Origin: an uncultured Desulfospira sp.
Lineage (GTDB): Bacteria > Desulfobacterota > Desulfobacteria > Desulfobacterales > Desulfobacteraceae
DNA: 64,000 nucleotides
Direction: 5' to 3'
NCBI GenBank assembly: GCA_963663165.1
Contig: OY760175.1
Location: forward strand, 6,528,001 to 6,592,000
Both the position numbers and the translations under genes were made by a program. Below the pieces are notes generated by a model. That model was not told where the DNA came from. It saw only the letters and a list, made by a program, of their open reading frames with translations, and did not search any database. Each line of letters begins with the position of its first letter. The first letter of the stretch is position 1. Shown here one piece after another: positions 1 to 10,742 of the stretch.

Positions 1-960
1 GCCTGCCTTTTTTGGGGCCATGTACACGCCGATGAACTCAAAGACGGGCTGTATGCCGAATTTGAAACCAATAAAGGAAAAATTCTGGCACAGTTATATT
101 ATAAAAAGGTCCCCTTGACCGTCACCAACTTTGTGGGCCTGGCCGAGGGAACAAAGGACTCCAACCAGGAACCCGGGAAAAAATTTTATGACGGCCTGAT
201 ATTTCACCGGGTCATTGCGGATTTCATGATCCAGGGCGGCGACCCTCAGGGTACCGGCCGGGGCGGCCCGGGTTACCGGTTCCCGGATGAATTTGATCCA
301 ACCCTCAGGCATGATTCCTCAGGGATTTTGTCCATGGCCAATTCCGGCCCAAATACCAATGGCAGCCAGTTTTTTATTACCCATAAGGACACCCCCTGGC
401 TGGACGGCAAACACACGGTGTTTGGCAAGGTGGTCAAAGGACAGGATGTGGTGGACGCCATTCAACAAGGCGACCGGATTATTCACCTGACCATTATCCG
501 GAAAGGGGAAGAAGCCAAAGCCTTCAAAGGGGACCAGGAAAGCTTCGATGCCCTGCTCAACGCCGGGCGCAAAGGATATATGGAAAAATTCAGGACAAAA
601 ATGCTTGAAAAATACCCCGATGCCGTGACCACGGATTCCGGGCTTCTTTACGTTGTTTTAAAGACCGGAACCGGTGAACAGGTCAAACCCGGGGCCCTTG
701 TAAAAGTTCATTATACCGGTTTTCTGGAAGATGGGAAAAAATTTGACAGTTCTCTGGACCGGGGCACCCCGTTCCAGTTCAAGGTGGGCAAAAAAGAGGT
801 CATCAAAGGCTGGGATGTCGGGATCACCGGTATGAAAAAGTCAGAGAAACGGCGCTTGATTATTCCTTATCCCATGGCCTATGGGGAATCCGGGTATCCC
901 GGGGTGATTCCGCCAAAGGCCACCTTGATTTTTGACGTAGAACTGGTGGACTTTCAATAG
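1..960 (+). CDS. Dual-domain peptidyl-prolyl isomerase (cyclophilin + C-terminal FKBP); 5' end lies outside the window
   Basis: Frame is open from base 1 ([28 protein letters not shown]...). Cyclophilin motifs [44 protein letters not shown] motifs [32 protein letters not shown]. Confidence 0.93.
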   Translation, partial: ACLFWGHVHADELKDGLYAEFETNKGKILAQLYYKKVPLTVTNFVGLAEGTKDSNQEPGKKFYDGLIFHRVIADFMIQGGDPQGTGRGGPGYRFPDEFDPTLRHDSSGILSMANSGPNTNGSQFFITHKDTPWLDGKHTVFGKVVKGQDVVDAIQQGDRIIHLTIIRKGEEAKAFKGDQESFDALLNAGRKGYMEKFRTKMLEKYPDAVTTDSGLLYVVLKTGTGEQVKPGALVKVHYTGFLEDGKKFDSSLDRGTPFQFKVGKKEVIKGWDVGITGMKKSEKRRLIIPYPMAYGESGYPGVIPPKATLIFDVELVDFQ

Positions 961-968
961 TGGTTTGC

Positions 969-1700
969 CTATTCGGGTAATTGCATGTTATCCATGTATT
1001 TTAGTATCCATCTTTGCCGGCTCAGCACATGAGCGCTCGGGTGCTTTACCGACCATTTATGGGGGCTTGGCAGGATCGCCGTCATCAGGGCGGCCTGGTG
1101 CCTGTTCAGGCGGTCTGCCCCGGTGGAGAAATATTTTCGAGCCCCGGCTTCGGCGCCGGCCACGCCAGTGCCCCAGTCAACGGTGTTCAGATAGACTTCA
1201 AGAATCCTTTTTTTATCCCAGGTCAGCTCCATGAGAAGGGTATACCAGGCTTCGGCCAGTTTCCTGGCCGGATGTCTTGATGCCGGCAAAAAAAGGGATC
1301 TGGCTGCCTGCATGGTAATGGTGGACGCCCCCCTGAACCGGTGCTTTTCCACCATGTCTTTTAAAACAATTTTAATTTCCTGAAAATCAAATCCGTGGTG
1401 TTCAAGAAACCGCTGATCCTCGGAGGCCATCACGGCTTTCTGGAGCAGCGGGGAAATATCTTTCATGTCTTTCCAGGTGTAGGTGGTGGCCACATACCGG
1501 GTATCCCGGATTTTATGGGAAATCCATTCATAGGCCATGTTAACGGTTCCGGGCGGGGCAATGAACTTAAAGCATAGAACCTGAAGAAAGGAAACAAGGA
1601 GCAGCAGTCCAAGCAGTTTTAATATCCATTTCCATATGCGCTTGGCAATGCCCGGTCCTTTTTTCCTTGTCACTGGTTCATCCTTATCTTTGTTTGTCAT
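969..1700 (-). CDS. mtgA: Monofunctional peptidoglycan transglycosylase
   Basis: GT51 motifs SEDQRFLEHHGFD, GASTITMQAAR, RKLAEA, KKRILEVYLN; N-terminal TM helix. Confidence 0.92.
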   Translation of the reverse strand: MTNKDKDEPVTRKKGPGIAKRIWKWILKLLGLLLLVSFLQVLCFKFIAPPGTVNMAYEWISHKIRDTRYVATTYTWKDMKDISPLLQKAVMASEDQRFLEHHGFDFQEIKIVLKDMVEKHRFRGASTITMQAARSLFLPASRHPARKLAEAWYTLLMELTWDKKRILEVYLNTVDWGTGVAGAEAGARKYFSTGADRLNRHQAALMTAILPSPHKWSVKHPSAHVLSRQRWILKYMDNMQLPE

Positions 1701-1751
1701 TTCCTTTATGATAAATTGTCCATGATCACAATCAAAAAAAGGAGGCTAAAT

Positions 1752-2387
1752 TTGAAGGTTATTGGATTTAATGGGAGTTCAAGAAAAAAAGGGAATACTG
1801 CCTGCGCTATGAACACGGTTTTTGATCAATTGGAAAAAGCCGGCATTGAAACTGAAATGGTTCTGGTGGGCAAAGAAAAAATTCAGGGATGCGTGGCCTG
1901 CCACGGCTGTGTGAAAAATCAAAATGAGGCCTGTGCTTTTAAAGATGACCCTGTAAATGAATGGATACAGAAGATGAAAGATGCAGACGGCATTCTGCTT
2001 GGCTCTCCAGTCCATTTTTCCGGTGTTGCCGGGACAATGAAGGCCTTCCTTGACAGGGCCTTTTTCGTTTCTTCGGTTAACGGGGGGCTGTTCCGTCACA
2101 AAGTAGGTGCTGCGGTTGCTGCGGTCAGGCGATCCGGCGGGATTTCCACGGTTGAGACCCTTAATCATTATATCAACTACTCTGAGATGATCATGCCCTC
2201 GTCCAATTACTGGAACGTGGTCCATGGGCTGATTCCGGGAGAAATGGCGCAGGATGGTGAGGGAAAACAAATCATGGAGGTCCTGGGCAAAAACATGGCA
2301 TGGATCATGAAACTTATCGACCATGGGAAAGCCAGGTTCCCTGCACCGGCACCAGCGGCCAAGGTTATGACCAATTTCATCCGGTAA
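1752..2387 (+). CDS. Iron-sulfur flavoprotein / flavodoxin-fold FMN reductase family
   Basis: NGSSRKKGNT FMN loop, CX2CX2CX7C (CVACHGCVKNQNEAC), LLGSPVHF. Start placed at TTG 1752 after GGAGG at 1741; the ORF track starts at 1716. Confidence 0.88.
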   Translation: MKVIGFNGSSRKKGNTACAMNTVFDQLEKAGIETEMVLVGKEKIQGCVACHGCVKNQNEACAFKDDPVNEWIQKMKDADGILLGSPVHFSGVAGTMKAFLDRAFFVSSVNGGLFRHKVGAAVAAVRRSGGISTVETLNHYINYSEMIMPSSNYWNVVHGLIPGEMAQDGEGKQIMEVLGKNMAWIMKLIDHGKARFPAPAPAAKVMTNFIR

Positions 2388-2401
2388 CCGGTGTTTGGCG
2401 G

Positions 2402-2908
2402 TTACCGGTTCACCTTTTCCAGGTTAAAAGAACGGTAAATGATCATTTCCCGTTCGACCCGGCCCTCTTCAATGGGTGAAAGCGTTGTGGCCGCTAAAAT
2501 TTTTTGAGCATCCTGTTTAGAGGGGATGGTGTCAAGCCCCTTGCCCACGGTCTTGCCGGTAATTGAATCCATGACCACGGCATCAATGGCATCTGTGGAG
2601 ACGGCTAAGGGGATCTGGTAGTCATAGACCAGGCGGGCCCCGGCCAGGATTTCCCTTTCATAAGAGCCGATGGAACCGGCCACGCAGGTAATGGCCATGA
2701 CCGCGGTATCATGGCAATGGACAATCAGGTCAATGACCGAGGGGTAGTCCTCTTTTTTGAACCGGACCAGAATGGGGACATCCACCTTGATATCGGTTTT
2801 TTCGTATCCTTTGGTTTCCACCAAAAATTTTTCAAACTTCTGCCGGCTGATTTCCGGCCCCACAATATCGATTTCTTTTCCTGTAATATAATCTGTAATG
2901 GCTTCCAT
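2402..2908 (-). CDS. Stand-alone HsdR N-terminal-like (restriction-endonuclease fold) domain protein
   Basis: DYITGKE..E.SRQKFEKFLVETKGYEKTDI pattern and YQIPLAVSTD resemble HSDR_N-type small proteins; last gene of the rplU operon. Confidence 0.6.
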   Translation of the reverse strand: MEAITDYITGKEIDIVGPEISRQKFEKFLVETKGYEKTDIKVDVPILVRFKKEDYPSVIDLIVHCHDTAVMAITCVAGSIGSYEREILAGARLVYDYQIPLAVSTDAIDAVVMDSITGKTVGKGLDTIPSKQDAQKILAATTLSPIEEGRVEREMIIYRSFNLEKVNR

Positions 2909-2929
2909 GGTTATCTGTATATAATCGGT

Positions 2930-4474
2930 TTAGAAAAGCGGGGTTCCGGTCATTTCTTCGGGCTGTTCAATCTTAAGGGCCTTTAAAATGGTGGGGGCGA
3001 TATCCCCTAGCACCCCGTCTTTGAGGGTAATGGTTTCAAATCCTTTGCCGGCAACGATAAAATTCACCGGATTGGTGGTGTGGGCGGTATGGGGAGAGCC
3101 GTCCTCGGCAATCATCTGTTCTGAGTTGCCGTGGTCTGCCGTGATAAATGCGGTGCCGCCGGTTTCCCAGATCGCCTCAGCCACTTTTTTGGCGCAGGCA
3201 TCCACGGCCTCGCATCCTTTGATAGCGGCTTCAAGGATGCCGGTATGGCCCACCATGTCCATGTTGGCAAAGTTAAGGACAACAAATTTGAATTTTTTTG
3301 ACCGGATCAGTTCACAGGCCTTGTCCGCCACCTCAAAGGCGCTCATGGACGGTTTTTCGTCGTAGGTGGCCACATCCCTGGGAGAGGGAATGAGTTCTCT
3401 TTCTTCGCCCTCAAATACCGCCTCATCCCCGCCGTTAAAAAAATAGGTGACATGGGCATATTTTTCGGTTTCCGCTATCCTGAGCTGGGGGATGTTGTGT
3501 TCACTTAAGATCTGTCCAAAGATTTTGGTCAGTTTCTGGGGGCCAAAGGCCACGGGCAGATCAAAATGTTCGTCATACCGGGTCATGCAGACAAAGGCGG
3601 ACAGATCCGGCCGGCGGCTGACATCAAATTCTTTAAAGTTTTTTTCCGTAAAGGCCCGGGTGATTTCCTTGGCCCGGTCCGCCCTGAAATTAAAAAAGAC
3701 CAGGCCGTCGGCGTCCCGGATCAGTCCGGAGTCGGGATCTTTATCATCCTGGATAAAAACAGGGGAAACAAACTCGTCGGTTTCTTTTTGGTCATAGGCG
3801 GCCTGGACGGCCTGCTCGGGATTACCGGCCCGGTTCCCTGTTCCTTTGGTGAACAGGTTATAGGCTTTCTGGACCCGGTCCCACCGGGTATCCCGGTCCA
3901 TGGCCCAGTACCGGCCGGTAATGGAGGCGATTTTGCCGTATCCATGCGCCTGGATATGGCCGGTAAGCTGCCGGATATAGGTAATGCCCGATGTCGGGGG
4001 GGTGTCCCGGCCATCCAGGATGGGGTGGATAAACAGCTTTTTAACGCCCATCTGCCTGGCCATGTCCATTAAGGCAAACAAATGGGTCATATGGCTGTGG
4101 ACCCCGCCGTCGGACAAAAGCCCCATGAGGTGAAGGCTGGTTTTCTTTTGGGCCACGGTTTCCATGGCGGATTTGAGAACCGGGTTGTCAAAAAAGCTTT
4201 GGTCCTCTATGGCGGCGTTGATCCGGACCAGGTCCTGGAGCACCCGCCGGCCGGCCCCGATATTCATGTGGCCGACCTCGGAATTGCCCATGGTCCCCTC
4301 GGGAAGTCCCACGGCAAGGCCGGAACAGGCTAAGCTGCACCGGGGGGATGAGGCAATCAGACCATCCAGAAAAGGGGTGTCGGCCAGGGCAAAGGCATTG
4401 CCCTGGCTTTTCGGATTGATTCCCCAGCCGTCCAGGATCATTAAGATATGAACCGCATTTTGATCAGAAGTCAT
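2930..4474 (-). CDS. gpmI: 2,3-bisphosphoglycerate-independent phosphoglycerate mutase
   Basis: ILDGWG, MGNSEVGH, LSDGGVHSH, GRYWAMDRD, AETEKYAHVTYFFNGG, DMVGHTG, TADHGN. Confidence 0.98.
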   Translation of the reverse strand: MTSDQNAVHILMILDGWGINPKSQGNAFALADTPFLDGLIASSPRCSLACSGLAVGLPEGTMGNSEVGHMNIGAGRRVLQDLVRINAAIEDQSFFDNPVLKSAMETVAQKKTSLHLMGLLSDGGVHSHMTHLFALMDMARQMGVKKLFIHPILDGRDTPPTSGITYIRQLTGHIQAHGYGKIASITGRYWAMDRDTRWDRVQKAYNLFTKGTGNRAGNPEQAVQAAYDQKETDEFVSPVFIQDDKDPDSGLIRDADGLVFFNFRADRAKEITRAFTEKNFKEFDVSRRPDLSAFVCMTRYDEHFDLPVAFGPQKLTKIFGQILSEHNIPQLRIAETEKYAHVTYFFNGGDEAVFEGEERELIPSPRDVATYDEKPSMSAFEVADKACELIRSKKFKFVVLNFANMDMVGHTGILEAAIKGCEAVDACAKKVAEAIWETGGTAFITADHGNSEQMIAEDGSPHTAHTTNPVNFIVAGKGFETITLKDGVLGDIAPTILKALKIEQPEEMTGTPLF

Positions 4475-4862
4475 AATCGTTCTCCTTTAACGAATTGACC
4501 GGATAGGCCCCGGACAGGTCCACCCTTGGGGCATCGCTCCACAGCCCCTCTAAATCATAGAAATCCCTGGCGCGGGTTTCAAATACGTGGATAATAATCT
4601 GGCCGTAATCTAAAAGAGCCCATTCCCCTTCTTTAATCCCTTCTATCCCTAAGGCCTGGATGCCGGTCCCTTTGAGTTTTTGCACAATATGCTCGGCCAT
4701 GGTGGTCACCTGTCGGGCTGATCCGGCCTCAACAATAACCACCATATCGGTGTAGGAGGTCAGGGCGCTGACATCAAGGGCGGTGACGTTAAGTGCTTTG
4801 CGTTCAAATATGGGGTCAAAATAGGGTTTAAATTCTTCTAAACGCCCGTCGGATGGGGTCAT
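4464..4862 (-). CDS. rsfS: Ribosome silencing factor (Iojap)
   Basis: WALLDYGQIIIHVF..RDFYDLEGLW; canonical position after nadD. Confidence 0.95.
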   Translation of the reverse strand: MTPSDGRLEEFKPYFDPIFERKALNVTALDVSALTSYTDMVVIVEAGSARQVTTMAEHIVQKLKGTGIQALGIEGIKEGEWALLDYGQIIIHVFETRARDFYDLEGLWSDAPRVDLSGAYPVNSLKENDYDF

Positions 4863-5506
4863 TGATAAAATTTCCTTTGCATCATGATGTTACAGACTGC
4901 CTCCGGGACAAGGGCTTTTACGGACAGACCCTTTTTGATCCGGTCCCGGACCATGGTGGAAGAAATGTCTATTCTCGGGACATTGCAAATAATGATATCC
5001 TGCATTTTGTCGTGAACAAACCGTTTATCTTTCTTTGTGTATCCTTTTGAGATGTTTTCGTCAATAAAGGATGACAGGGAAGAGGGGACGCTGCCCTCAT
5101 TTTCTATTAATTCCCGGGTCATGATAACGATGGGGACGACCTTGAACAGCTGATCCTTGTTTTTCCAGGTGTTGATATCAAAAAACGCATCAGATCCCAT
5201 CATGAGAAAAAAACGGTCCGGGTAACGGTCCTGGAACTGCCGGATGGTATCAATGGTAAACGAGGGTCCCTTTCGTTTGAGTTCAATGTCTGAGGCCTCA
5301 AATCCGTCCAGGCCTTTGATGCTGCCTTGTATCATTTCAAGCCTGTCCCGGGCCGGGGCCAGATTACAGGATGTCTTGTGGGGCGGGGCAGCCGATGGAA
5401 ATAAAATAATTTTGTTTAAGTTCAGTTCTTTTTTGGCATGCCGGGCAATACCGATGTGGCCGTTATGGATGGGATTGAAGGTGCCGCCAAAAAGTCCGAT
5501 GTCCAT
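4859..5506 (-). CDS. nadD: Nicotinate-nucleotide adenylyltransferase
   Basis: GGTFNPIHNGH, PPHK, SFTIDT, ISSTMVR. Confidence 0.97.
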   Translation of the reverse strand: MDIGLFGGTFNPIHNGHIGIARHAKKELNLNKIILFPSAAPPHKTSCNLAPARDRLEMIQGSIKGLDGFEASDIELKRKGPSFTIDTIRQFQDRYPDRFFLMMGSDAFFDINTWKNKDQLFKVVPIVIMTRELIENEGSVPSSLSSFIDENISKGYTKKDKRFVHDKMQDIIICNVPRIDISSTMVRDRIKKGLSVKALVPEAVCNIMMQRKFYQ

Positions 5507-5521
5507 GGCGTCGGTCCAAAA

Positions 5522-6517
5522 CTAATCGGTTTGAAGTTTGGATGCCAGCACTTTGATAAGGTCGCTAACCCCCTGTCCTGTGGCCGCTGAAATCTTGTGG
5601 ATTTCAAGGTGGGGCAGGGCGGTTTCAAATGCCTGGATCCGGGTTCGGGTGCCGGTTAGGTCTATCTTGTTCAGGACAATCACCTGGTCTTTTTCGGCCA
5701 GGGTCTGGCTGTACCGGGACAGCTCTTTGTTGATTAGGTTAAAGTTGTCTAAAGGAGAATCCGGGTCAATGGAACCTGAATCAATCAAGTGGATGAGGAT
5801 GCCCGTCCGTTCAATATGCCTTAAAAACTTGATTCCCAGGCCGGTCCCCTGGTGGGCCCCTTCAATCAGACCGGGGATATCGGCAATGGCAAAGGGTTCA
5901 CCAAACGGAGGTTCAACCATTCCCAAGGTGGGCGTCAGTGTGGTAAAGGGGTAATCGCCGATCTTGGGCCGTGCCTTTGACATGGACGATACCAGGGTGG
6001 ACTTGCCGGCATTGGGCAGTCCCACAACCCCGACGTCGGCCAGGAGCTTGAGTTCCAGTTTAAGTTTGAGTTCGATTCCGGAAATCCCGGGCTGGGAGTA
6101 TCTCGGGGCCCGGTTGGTGGAGGTGGCAAACCGCTTGTTTCCCCGTCCGCCCATACCCCCCTGGGCAACGATGAATTCAGCATTCTGGAGGGTCAGGTCT
6201 ACAACGGGTTCAAGGGTGTCGGCATTGCTTACCAGGGTGCCGCAGGGCAGATCAATGTAACAATGATTGCCGTTTCTGCCGTGTTTTTGCCGGCCCTGGC
6301 CGGGTTGGCCGTTTTCGGCCCGAAGCAGTTTGTGCCGGCGAAGTTCGTACAGGGTCCGTTTGGACGGGTCCGCCCTTAAGATAACATGGCCGCCGTCTCC
6401 GCCGTCCCCCCCATCAGGCCCGCCCCGTTCAATGAACCGTTCCCGTCTGAAACTGGTACATCCGGCACCGCCGTTACCGGACCTGATGGTAATAATGGCT
6501 TCATCTACAAATTTCAC
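5522..6517 (-). CDS. obgE: GTPase Obg/CgtA
   Basis: [50 protein letters not shown]. Confidence 0.98.
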   Translation of the reverse strand: MKFVDEAIITIRSGNGGAGCTSFRRERFIERGGPDGGDGGDGGHVILRADPSKRTLYELRRHKLLRAENGQPGQGRQKHGRNGNHCYIDLPCGTLVSNADTLEPVVDLTLQNAEFIVAQGGMGGRGNKRFATSTNRAPRYSQPGISGIELKLKLELKLLADVGVVGLPNAGKSTLVSSMSKARPKIGDYPFTTLTPTLGMVEPPFGEPFAIADIPGLIEGAHQGTGLGIKFLRHIERTGILIHLIDSGSIDPDSPLDNFNLINKELSRYSQTLAEKDQVIVLNKIDLTGTRTRIQAFETALPHLEIHKISAATGQGVSDLIKVLASKLQTD

Positions 6518-6768
6518 GCTTCATAAACGCTGACTTTTTTCCTGTCCCGGCCTTTTCTTTCAAAGGTCACAACACCGTCGATGAGGGAGAACAGGGTGTA
6601 ATCCTTGCCCATTCCCACGTTGTTTCCCGGATGGATTTTAGTGCCTACCTGACGGACAATAATGTTGCCGGCGGTCACTTTTTCTCCGCCGAATTTTTTT
6701 ACGCCCCGCCGCTGAGCATTTGAGTCGCGGCCGTTTTTACTGGAGCCTGCTGCCTTTTTATGTGACAT
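6514..6768 (-). CDS. rpmA: 50S ribosomal protein L27
   Basis: [31 protein letters not shown]. Confidence 0.99.
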   Translation of the reverse strand: MSHKKAAGSSKNGRDSNAQRRGVKKFGGEKVTAGNIIVRQVGTKIHPGNNVGMGKDYTLFSLIDGVVTFERKGRDRKKVSVYEA

Positions 6769-6791
6769 GGTTCAATTCTCCTTTATATTTA

Positions 6792-6851
6792 GTGTTTGGA
6801 CGAAAGCTGCCCCAATTCCAGGTGCGGATGGGTGAATTTTCGTTCAGACAC
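6792..6851. repeat. 60-bp mini inverted-repeat element (family C, copy 1) between rplU and rpmA
   Basis: Ends GTGTTTGGACGAAA / TTTCGTTCAGACAC form a 14-bp imperfect IR; reverse complement aligns with 29920-29985 including the internal CACCCATCYGC. Confidence 0.75.
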
Positions 6852-6854
6852 GGC

Positions 6855-7169
6855 TTATGCTGCCGAAATGGAATCGATTTTAACCTGGGTAAAATGCTGC
6901 CGATGGCCTCTCATTTTCCGGTACCCTTTGCGCCGTTTGTATTTGAACACCAGGATTTTTTTCTCCCGGCCATGTCCGACAACGTGAGCCTTGACAACGG
7001 CGTTTTCAACATTCGGGCTTCCAAGGGTGATCGTTTCCCCGTCCGAGTAGAGGAGGACATCGTTGAATTCAATTTGAGAACCTTCGTCGCCTTCAAGCTT
7101 TTCAACCTTGAGGACCTGGTCTTCCTGGACCTTGTATTGTTTTCCGCCGGTTCTGATCACTGCGTACAT
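6855..7169 (-). CDS. rplU: 50S ribosomal protein L21
   Basis: MYAVIRTGGKQYKV..GHRQHFT. Confidence 0.99.
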   Translation of the reverse strand: MYAVIRTGGKQYKVQEDQVLKVEKLEGDEGSQIEFNDVLLYSDGETITLGSPNVENAVVKAHVVGHGREKKILVFKYKRRKGYRKMRGHRQHFTQVKIDSISAA

Positions 7170-7221
7170 GTTAATCTCCTTATCAAATCAATGCTTTCTC
7201 GTATAATTTAAAAAACTCTTA

Positions 7222-7250
7222 ATACTATAACTGCCCAAAGAATTTGTCAA
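7222..7250 (-). promoter_or_regulatory. sigma70-type promoter of the rplU operon
   Basis: Minus strand TTGACA-17 nt-TAGTAT about 50 nt upstream of rplU. Confidence 0.75.
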
Positions 7251-7467
7251 TTATTATTTGAATTTGTCTTGATTAATGGCGCAATTTGAATAAAATTGTC
7301 TGGATATGGGGATTTTATCCGACCGAGGGTTAACCAGAATTTTATTGCGCTTGATCTTGCGCAATGCAATTTTTAGGGCAGGGGCAGGATTAAAAGCAAG
7401 CGCAAAATAATGGACACGGTTTGACAGCACACAACATACAGACAACATCAGAGGGAATCAATATAAA

Positions 7468-8295
7468 ATGACATGGTTAACAATTGACAAAGACAAATGT
7501 AATAAAGACGGGCTCTGTGCCGCAGAATGCCCGGCCGGTATTATTGTCATGGACGATGACGGACCGTCGCCCGTGCCCGGCGGGCAGGATTTCTGCCTTT
7601 ATTGCGGCCATTGTGTGGCCATTTGTCCCAAATCGGCACTGACCCTGGACGGCCTTTCACCAGACCAGTGTCTGCCCGTTACCCAAAGCCCTTTGTTTGA
7701 CCGGGATACGGCAGAACAATTTTTAAGATCCCGCCGGTCCATTCGCCGGTACAAGGATATTCCGGTTCCCAGGAAGGATTTTGAAAAAGCCCTTGAACTT
7801 GCCTGCCACGCCCCTACGGGCAGCAACCGGCAGCCGGTAAAATGGCTGGTCCTGGACAATAAGGAAGACGTTCAAAAAGCGGCCGGCCATGTCATTGACT
7901 GGATGCGGTTCATGATGGATGACGCGCCCGAGGTGGCCCGGACAATGAAAATGCCCATTTTTATTCGCCTGTGGCGCAAGGGCGTGGACCGGATCTGCCG
8001 AAATGCCCCGGCCCTGGTGTTTGCCTATGCGGCAGATGATATCCGCAGTGCCCCGGCCGACTGCCATACAGCCCTGGCTTACCTGGAGCTTGCCTTGCCC
8101 GGATCCGGTCTTGGCTCCTGCTGGGCCGGGTATATGAAGTATGCGGCCGAGGCCCGGTGGCCCGGCCTTCAAGCCATGTTGAATTTCCCTGAGGGGCACA
8201 CCTGCCATGGGGCATTGCTGGTGGGGGTCCCTAAGTTCAGATTCCTTAGGGCCCCGAAAAGAAATTTGCCGGATCTGCGGTATTACAGACAGTAA
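7468..8295 (+). CDS. Nitroreductase family protein with N-terminal ferredoxin domain
   Basis: CNKDGLCAAECP and CLYCGHCVAICP; RRSIRRY, APTGSNRQP, GLGSCWAG. Confidence 0.92.
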   Translation: MTWLTIDKDKCNKDGLCAAECPAGIIVMDDDGPSPVPGGQDFCLYCGHCVAICPKSALTLDGLSPDQCLPVTQSPLFDRDTAEQFLRSRRSIRRYKDIPVPRKDFEKALELACHAPTGSNRQPVKWLVLDNKEDVQKAAGHVIDWMRFMMDDAPEVARTMKMPIFIRLWRKGVDRICRNAPALVFAYAADDIRSAPADCHTALAYLELALPGSGLGSCWAGYMKYAAEARWPGLQAMLNFPEGHTCHGALLVGVPKFRFLRAPKRNLPDLRYYRQ

Positions 8296-8298
8296 TTT

Positions 8299-8390
8299 TA
8301 TATGAAAGTCTCACTAACATCCTGATAAGACTTTCATTATTCGTTGTGGGCGGTTCTTGGTTGGATAACCAAGACGGCCCGTGGCCGTTA
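8299..8390 (+). repeat. About 91-bp two-hairpin REP-like element (family A, copy 1)
   Basis: GAAAGTCT..AGACTTTC hairpin followed by GTGGGCGGT.CTTGGTTGGATAACCAAGACGGCCCGTGGCCGTTA; matches 42612-42703 (inverted) and 49450-49724 (three copies). Confidence 0.93.
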
Positions 8391-8725
8391 GTGGTTAGCT
8401 GTTAGCCGCCGGCTTTGTGCGCAGTCCGGTTTGCTGGCAGCTAACCGTTTCTAATTTTTACCTAAAAATCAGCTTGACAGGCCCCCTCCTTTTTTCTAAA
8501 TTAATGAATAACATTTATACGGTGAATCGCATTTGGGAAACCAGGGCATCAATTAGCACGATATCCAAAACGGTTTACCCTTTGGTTCCGACCCCTGAGT
8601 GTTCTTTCATCATGCCTCTCATATTATTATTCTGGCATCTTTCTATGCTGTTAAACGCGTTGCTTTTTCGGACACCGGTTTTTCCAAATTAAATCGTAAA
8701 TTTTAACGGTTAAAGGATTTTTCCA

Positions 8726-10738
8726 ATGAAAATTAAAACGAAAATGTTTTTTGTTTTTGGGCTGTCCGTTTTTTTGATCATGTTCCTTCTTTCACTGAGT
8801 ATATTTTTGTTTATTCAGGCCCGGCTTACCTTTAGTATTGATAATGAGAGCCGGAATATCATCGGCGGAGTAAAAGAGAGCATGAACGCTTTAGAAAATA
8901 TCGCCATTGAAAACTATCTTCGGGCAACCGCTGAGAAGACAAAGGATGTGATTCTCCATTACCATAATCAGTTTGAAAAAGGTGAAATTTCCAGCGAAGA
9001 GCTAAAGAAGAAAACGTCTGAAGTGATACTGAACAAAAAAATCGGAACTACCGGATATGCCGCCGGTGCCACCAGAAAAGGGATTCTGTCGGTCCATCCC
9101 AAAGCGGAAGGGGCTGATATCAGCGGCACACCTTTCTGGCCAAAGGTAAGGGCTTTGATGGAATCTGAAAACCAGTCCGGTTATTTTGAATATGACTGGA
9201 AAAATCCCGGTGAAACAGCCCCCAGGAAAAAATCAGGATACATTACGTATTTTGAACCCATGGATTTGATCATATGGGCATCATCTTATAAGTCGGAATT
9301 TGCCACACTGGTCAAGCCCAAAGATTTTCATAATGCCATTCTTTCATTAAAGGTCGGCAAAGCGGGATATCCCTATATCCTGGATTTTCAGGGGAATATG
9401 GTGATTCATCCCACCCTTGAAGGCCGCAATGTCTATGATGTCAAGGCTGCGGACGGGCAGAAGATTTTTCAGACCATTGTCAGTAAACGGGAAGGCAAGT
9501 TTGAATATGACTGGAAGGATCCGGACGGCCAAGTCAGGAGAAAAATCGCCATTTTTGATAAAATCCCGGGCAAGGATCTGGTGGTGGCCATCAGCTCCTA
9601 TAAGAAAGACCGGTATGCCTTGTTGTATTCCATTCGGAACCGGCTGATACTGGCCTTTTGCCTGAGCATGATCGTCATTGGCCTTGTGGTGTTTTTCTTC
9701 AGCAATATCATTACCAAACCCATTGTCAAAAGTGTGGATTTTTCGCGGGTCATGTCCGGGGGGGATTTTACAGGAAAACTGGAGATCAGGCAAAAAGATG
9801 AAATCGGGCAGCTGGCTGCGGCGTTAAATGAAATGACCGGCAATATCGGATCCACGTTTAATCAGATTCAGGGGCGCATAGAGGAGCTGGCCCTTTCATC
9901 CGGAGAGCTTGCACAGGTTTCAGACATGATGTCAGGCAGTTCTGAACAGATGTCGGAAAATTCCACCTCGCTTGCCCAGGCTGCCGGCGAAATGAACCAT
10001 AACCTTGAATCCATCTCTCATGCCAGCGACCGGGTGATGGAAAATATCAACTCCGTGGCCTTGGCAACCAAGGAAATGACCTGCACGGTATCTGAAATTG
10101 CAAAAAATTCAGAAAATGCAAAAATTATTTCAGGCGATGCGGTTTCGGTTACCGAGCAGACCACAGATCTGGTGGATAAGCTGGGAAAGTCCGCATCTGA
10201 AATCAGCAAGGTGACTGAAGCCATAGACGATATATCAGAGCAGACCAATCTGCTGGCCCTCAATGCTACCATTGAGGCGGCAAGGGCCGGCGAAGCCGGA
10301 AAAGGGTTTGCCGTTGTCGCCAATGAAATCAAGGACCTGGCCAGTGAAACGTCCAATGCCACCCGGGAGATTGAAGACCGGATCAATGATATTCAGGAAG
10401 CCATCACGGAAACAGTGGATAAAATAAAAGAAATCAGCAAGATTATCCTGGGGGTTAATGAGATTATAACCAGCATCGCAGCTGCCGTGGAAGAACAAAG
10501 TGCCACTACCGGAGAGATTTCCAGAAACATGGACCAGACCTCAACTGAAATGCAGGAAGTCAATGAAAACGTAACCAAAAGCGCCAATTTCTCGAACCAG
10601 ATAATAGAGCAGGTGACCGGCGTTCAGGATGTATCGTCAAAGATGGCGGAAAACAGCCGTACCGTGGAGCGCAATTCCAAATCCTTTAGCAAAATGGCCC
10701 AGGAGATTAAAACAATGCTTGAAAAATTTAAAGTATGA
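8726..10738 (+). CDS. Methyl-accepting chemotaxis protein with two Cache-type sensor modules and HAMP
   Basis: Two TM helices, [22 protein letters not shown] Cache repeats, [46 protein letters not shown]. Confidence 0.96.
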   Translation: MKIKTKMFFVFGLSVFLIMFLLSLSIFLFIQARLTFSIDNESRNIIGGVKESMNALENIAIENYLRATAEKTKDVILHYHNQFEKGEISSEELKKKTSEVILNKKIGTTGYAAGATRKGILSVHPKAEGADISGTPFWPKVRALMESENQSGYFEYDWKNPGETAPRKKSGYITYFEPMDLIIWASSYKSEFATLVKPKDFHNAILSLKVGKAGYPYILDFQGNMVIHPTLEGRNVYDVKAADGQKIFQTIVSKREGKFEYDWKDPDGQVRRKIAIFDKIPGKDLVVAISSYKKDRYALLYSIRNRLILAFCLSMIVIGLVVFFFSNIITKPIVKSVDFSRVMSGGDFTGKLEIRQKDEIGQLAAALNEMTGNIGSTFNQIQGRIEELALSSGELAQVSDMMSGSSEQMSENSTSLAQAAGEMNHNLESISHASDRVMENINSVALATKEMTCTVSEIAKNSENAKIISGDAVSVTEQTTDLVDKLGKSASEISKVTEAIDDISEQTNLLALNATIEAARAGEAGKGFAVVANEIKDLASETSNATREIEDRINDIQEAITETVDKIKEISKIILGVNEIITSIAAAVEEQSATTGEISRNMDQTSTEMQEVNENVTKSANFSNQIIEQVTGVQDVSSKMAENSRTVERNSKSFSKMAQEIKTMLEKFKV

Positions 10739-10742
10739 AGGC

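Noticed and set aside
2402..2908. Type I restriction-modification system
   Set aside because: Only a small HsdR-N-like domain; no helicase, hsdM or hsdS
8633..8648. sigma54 promoter upstream of the MCP (TGGCAT..TGC)
   Set aside because: GG-to-GC spacing is 11 nt rather than the required 10
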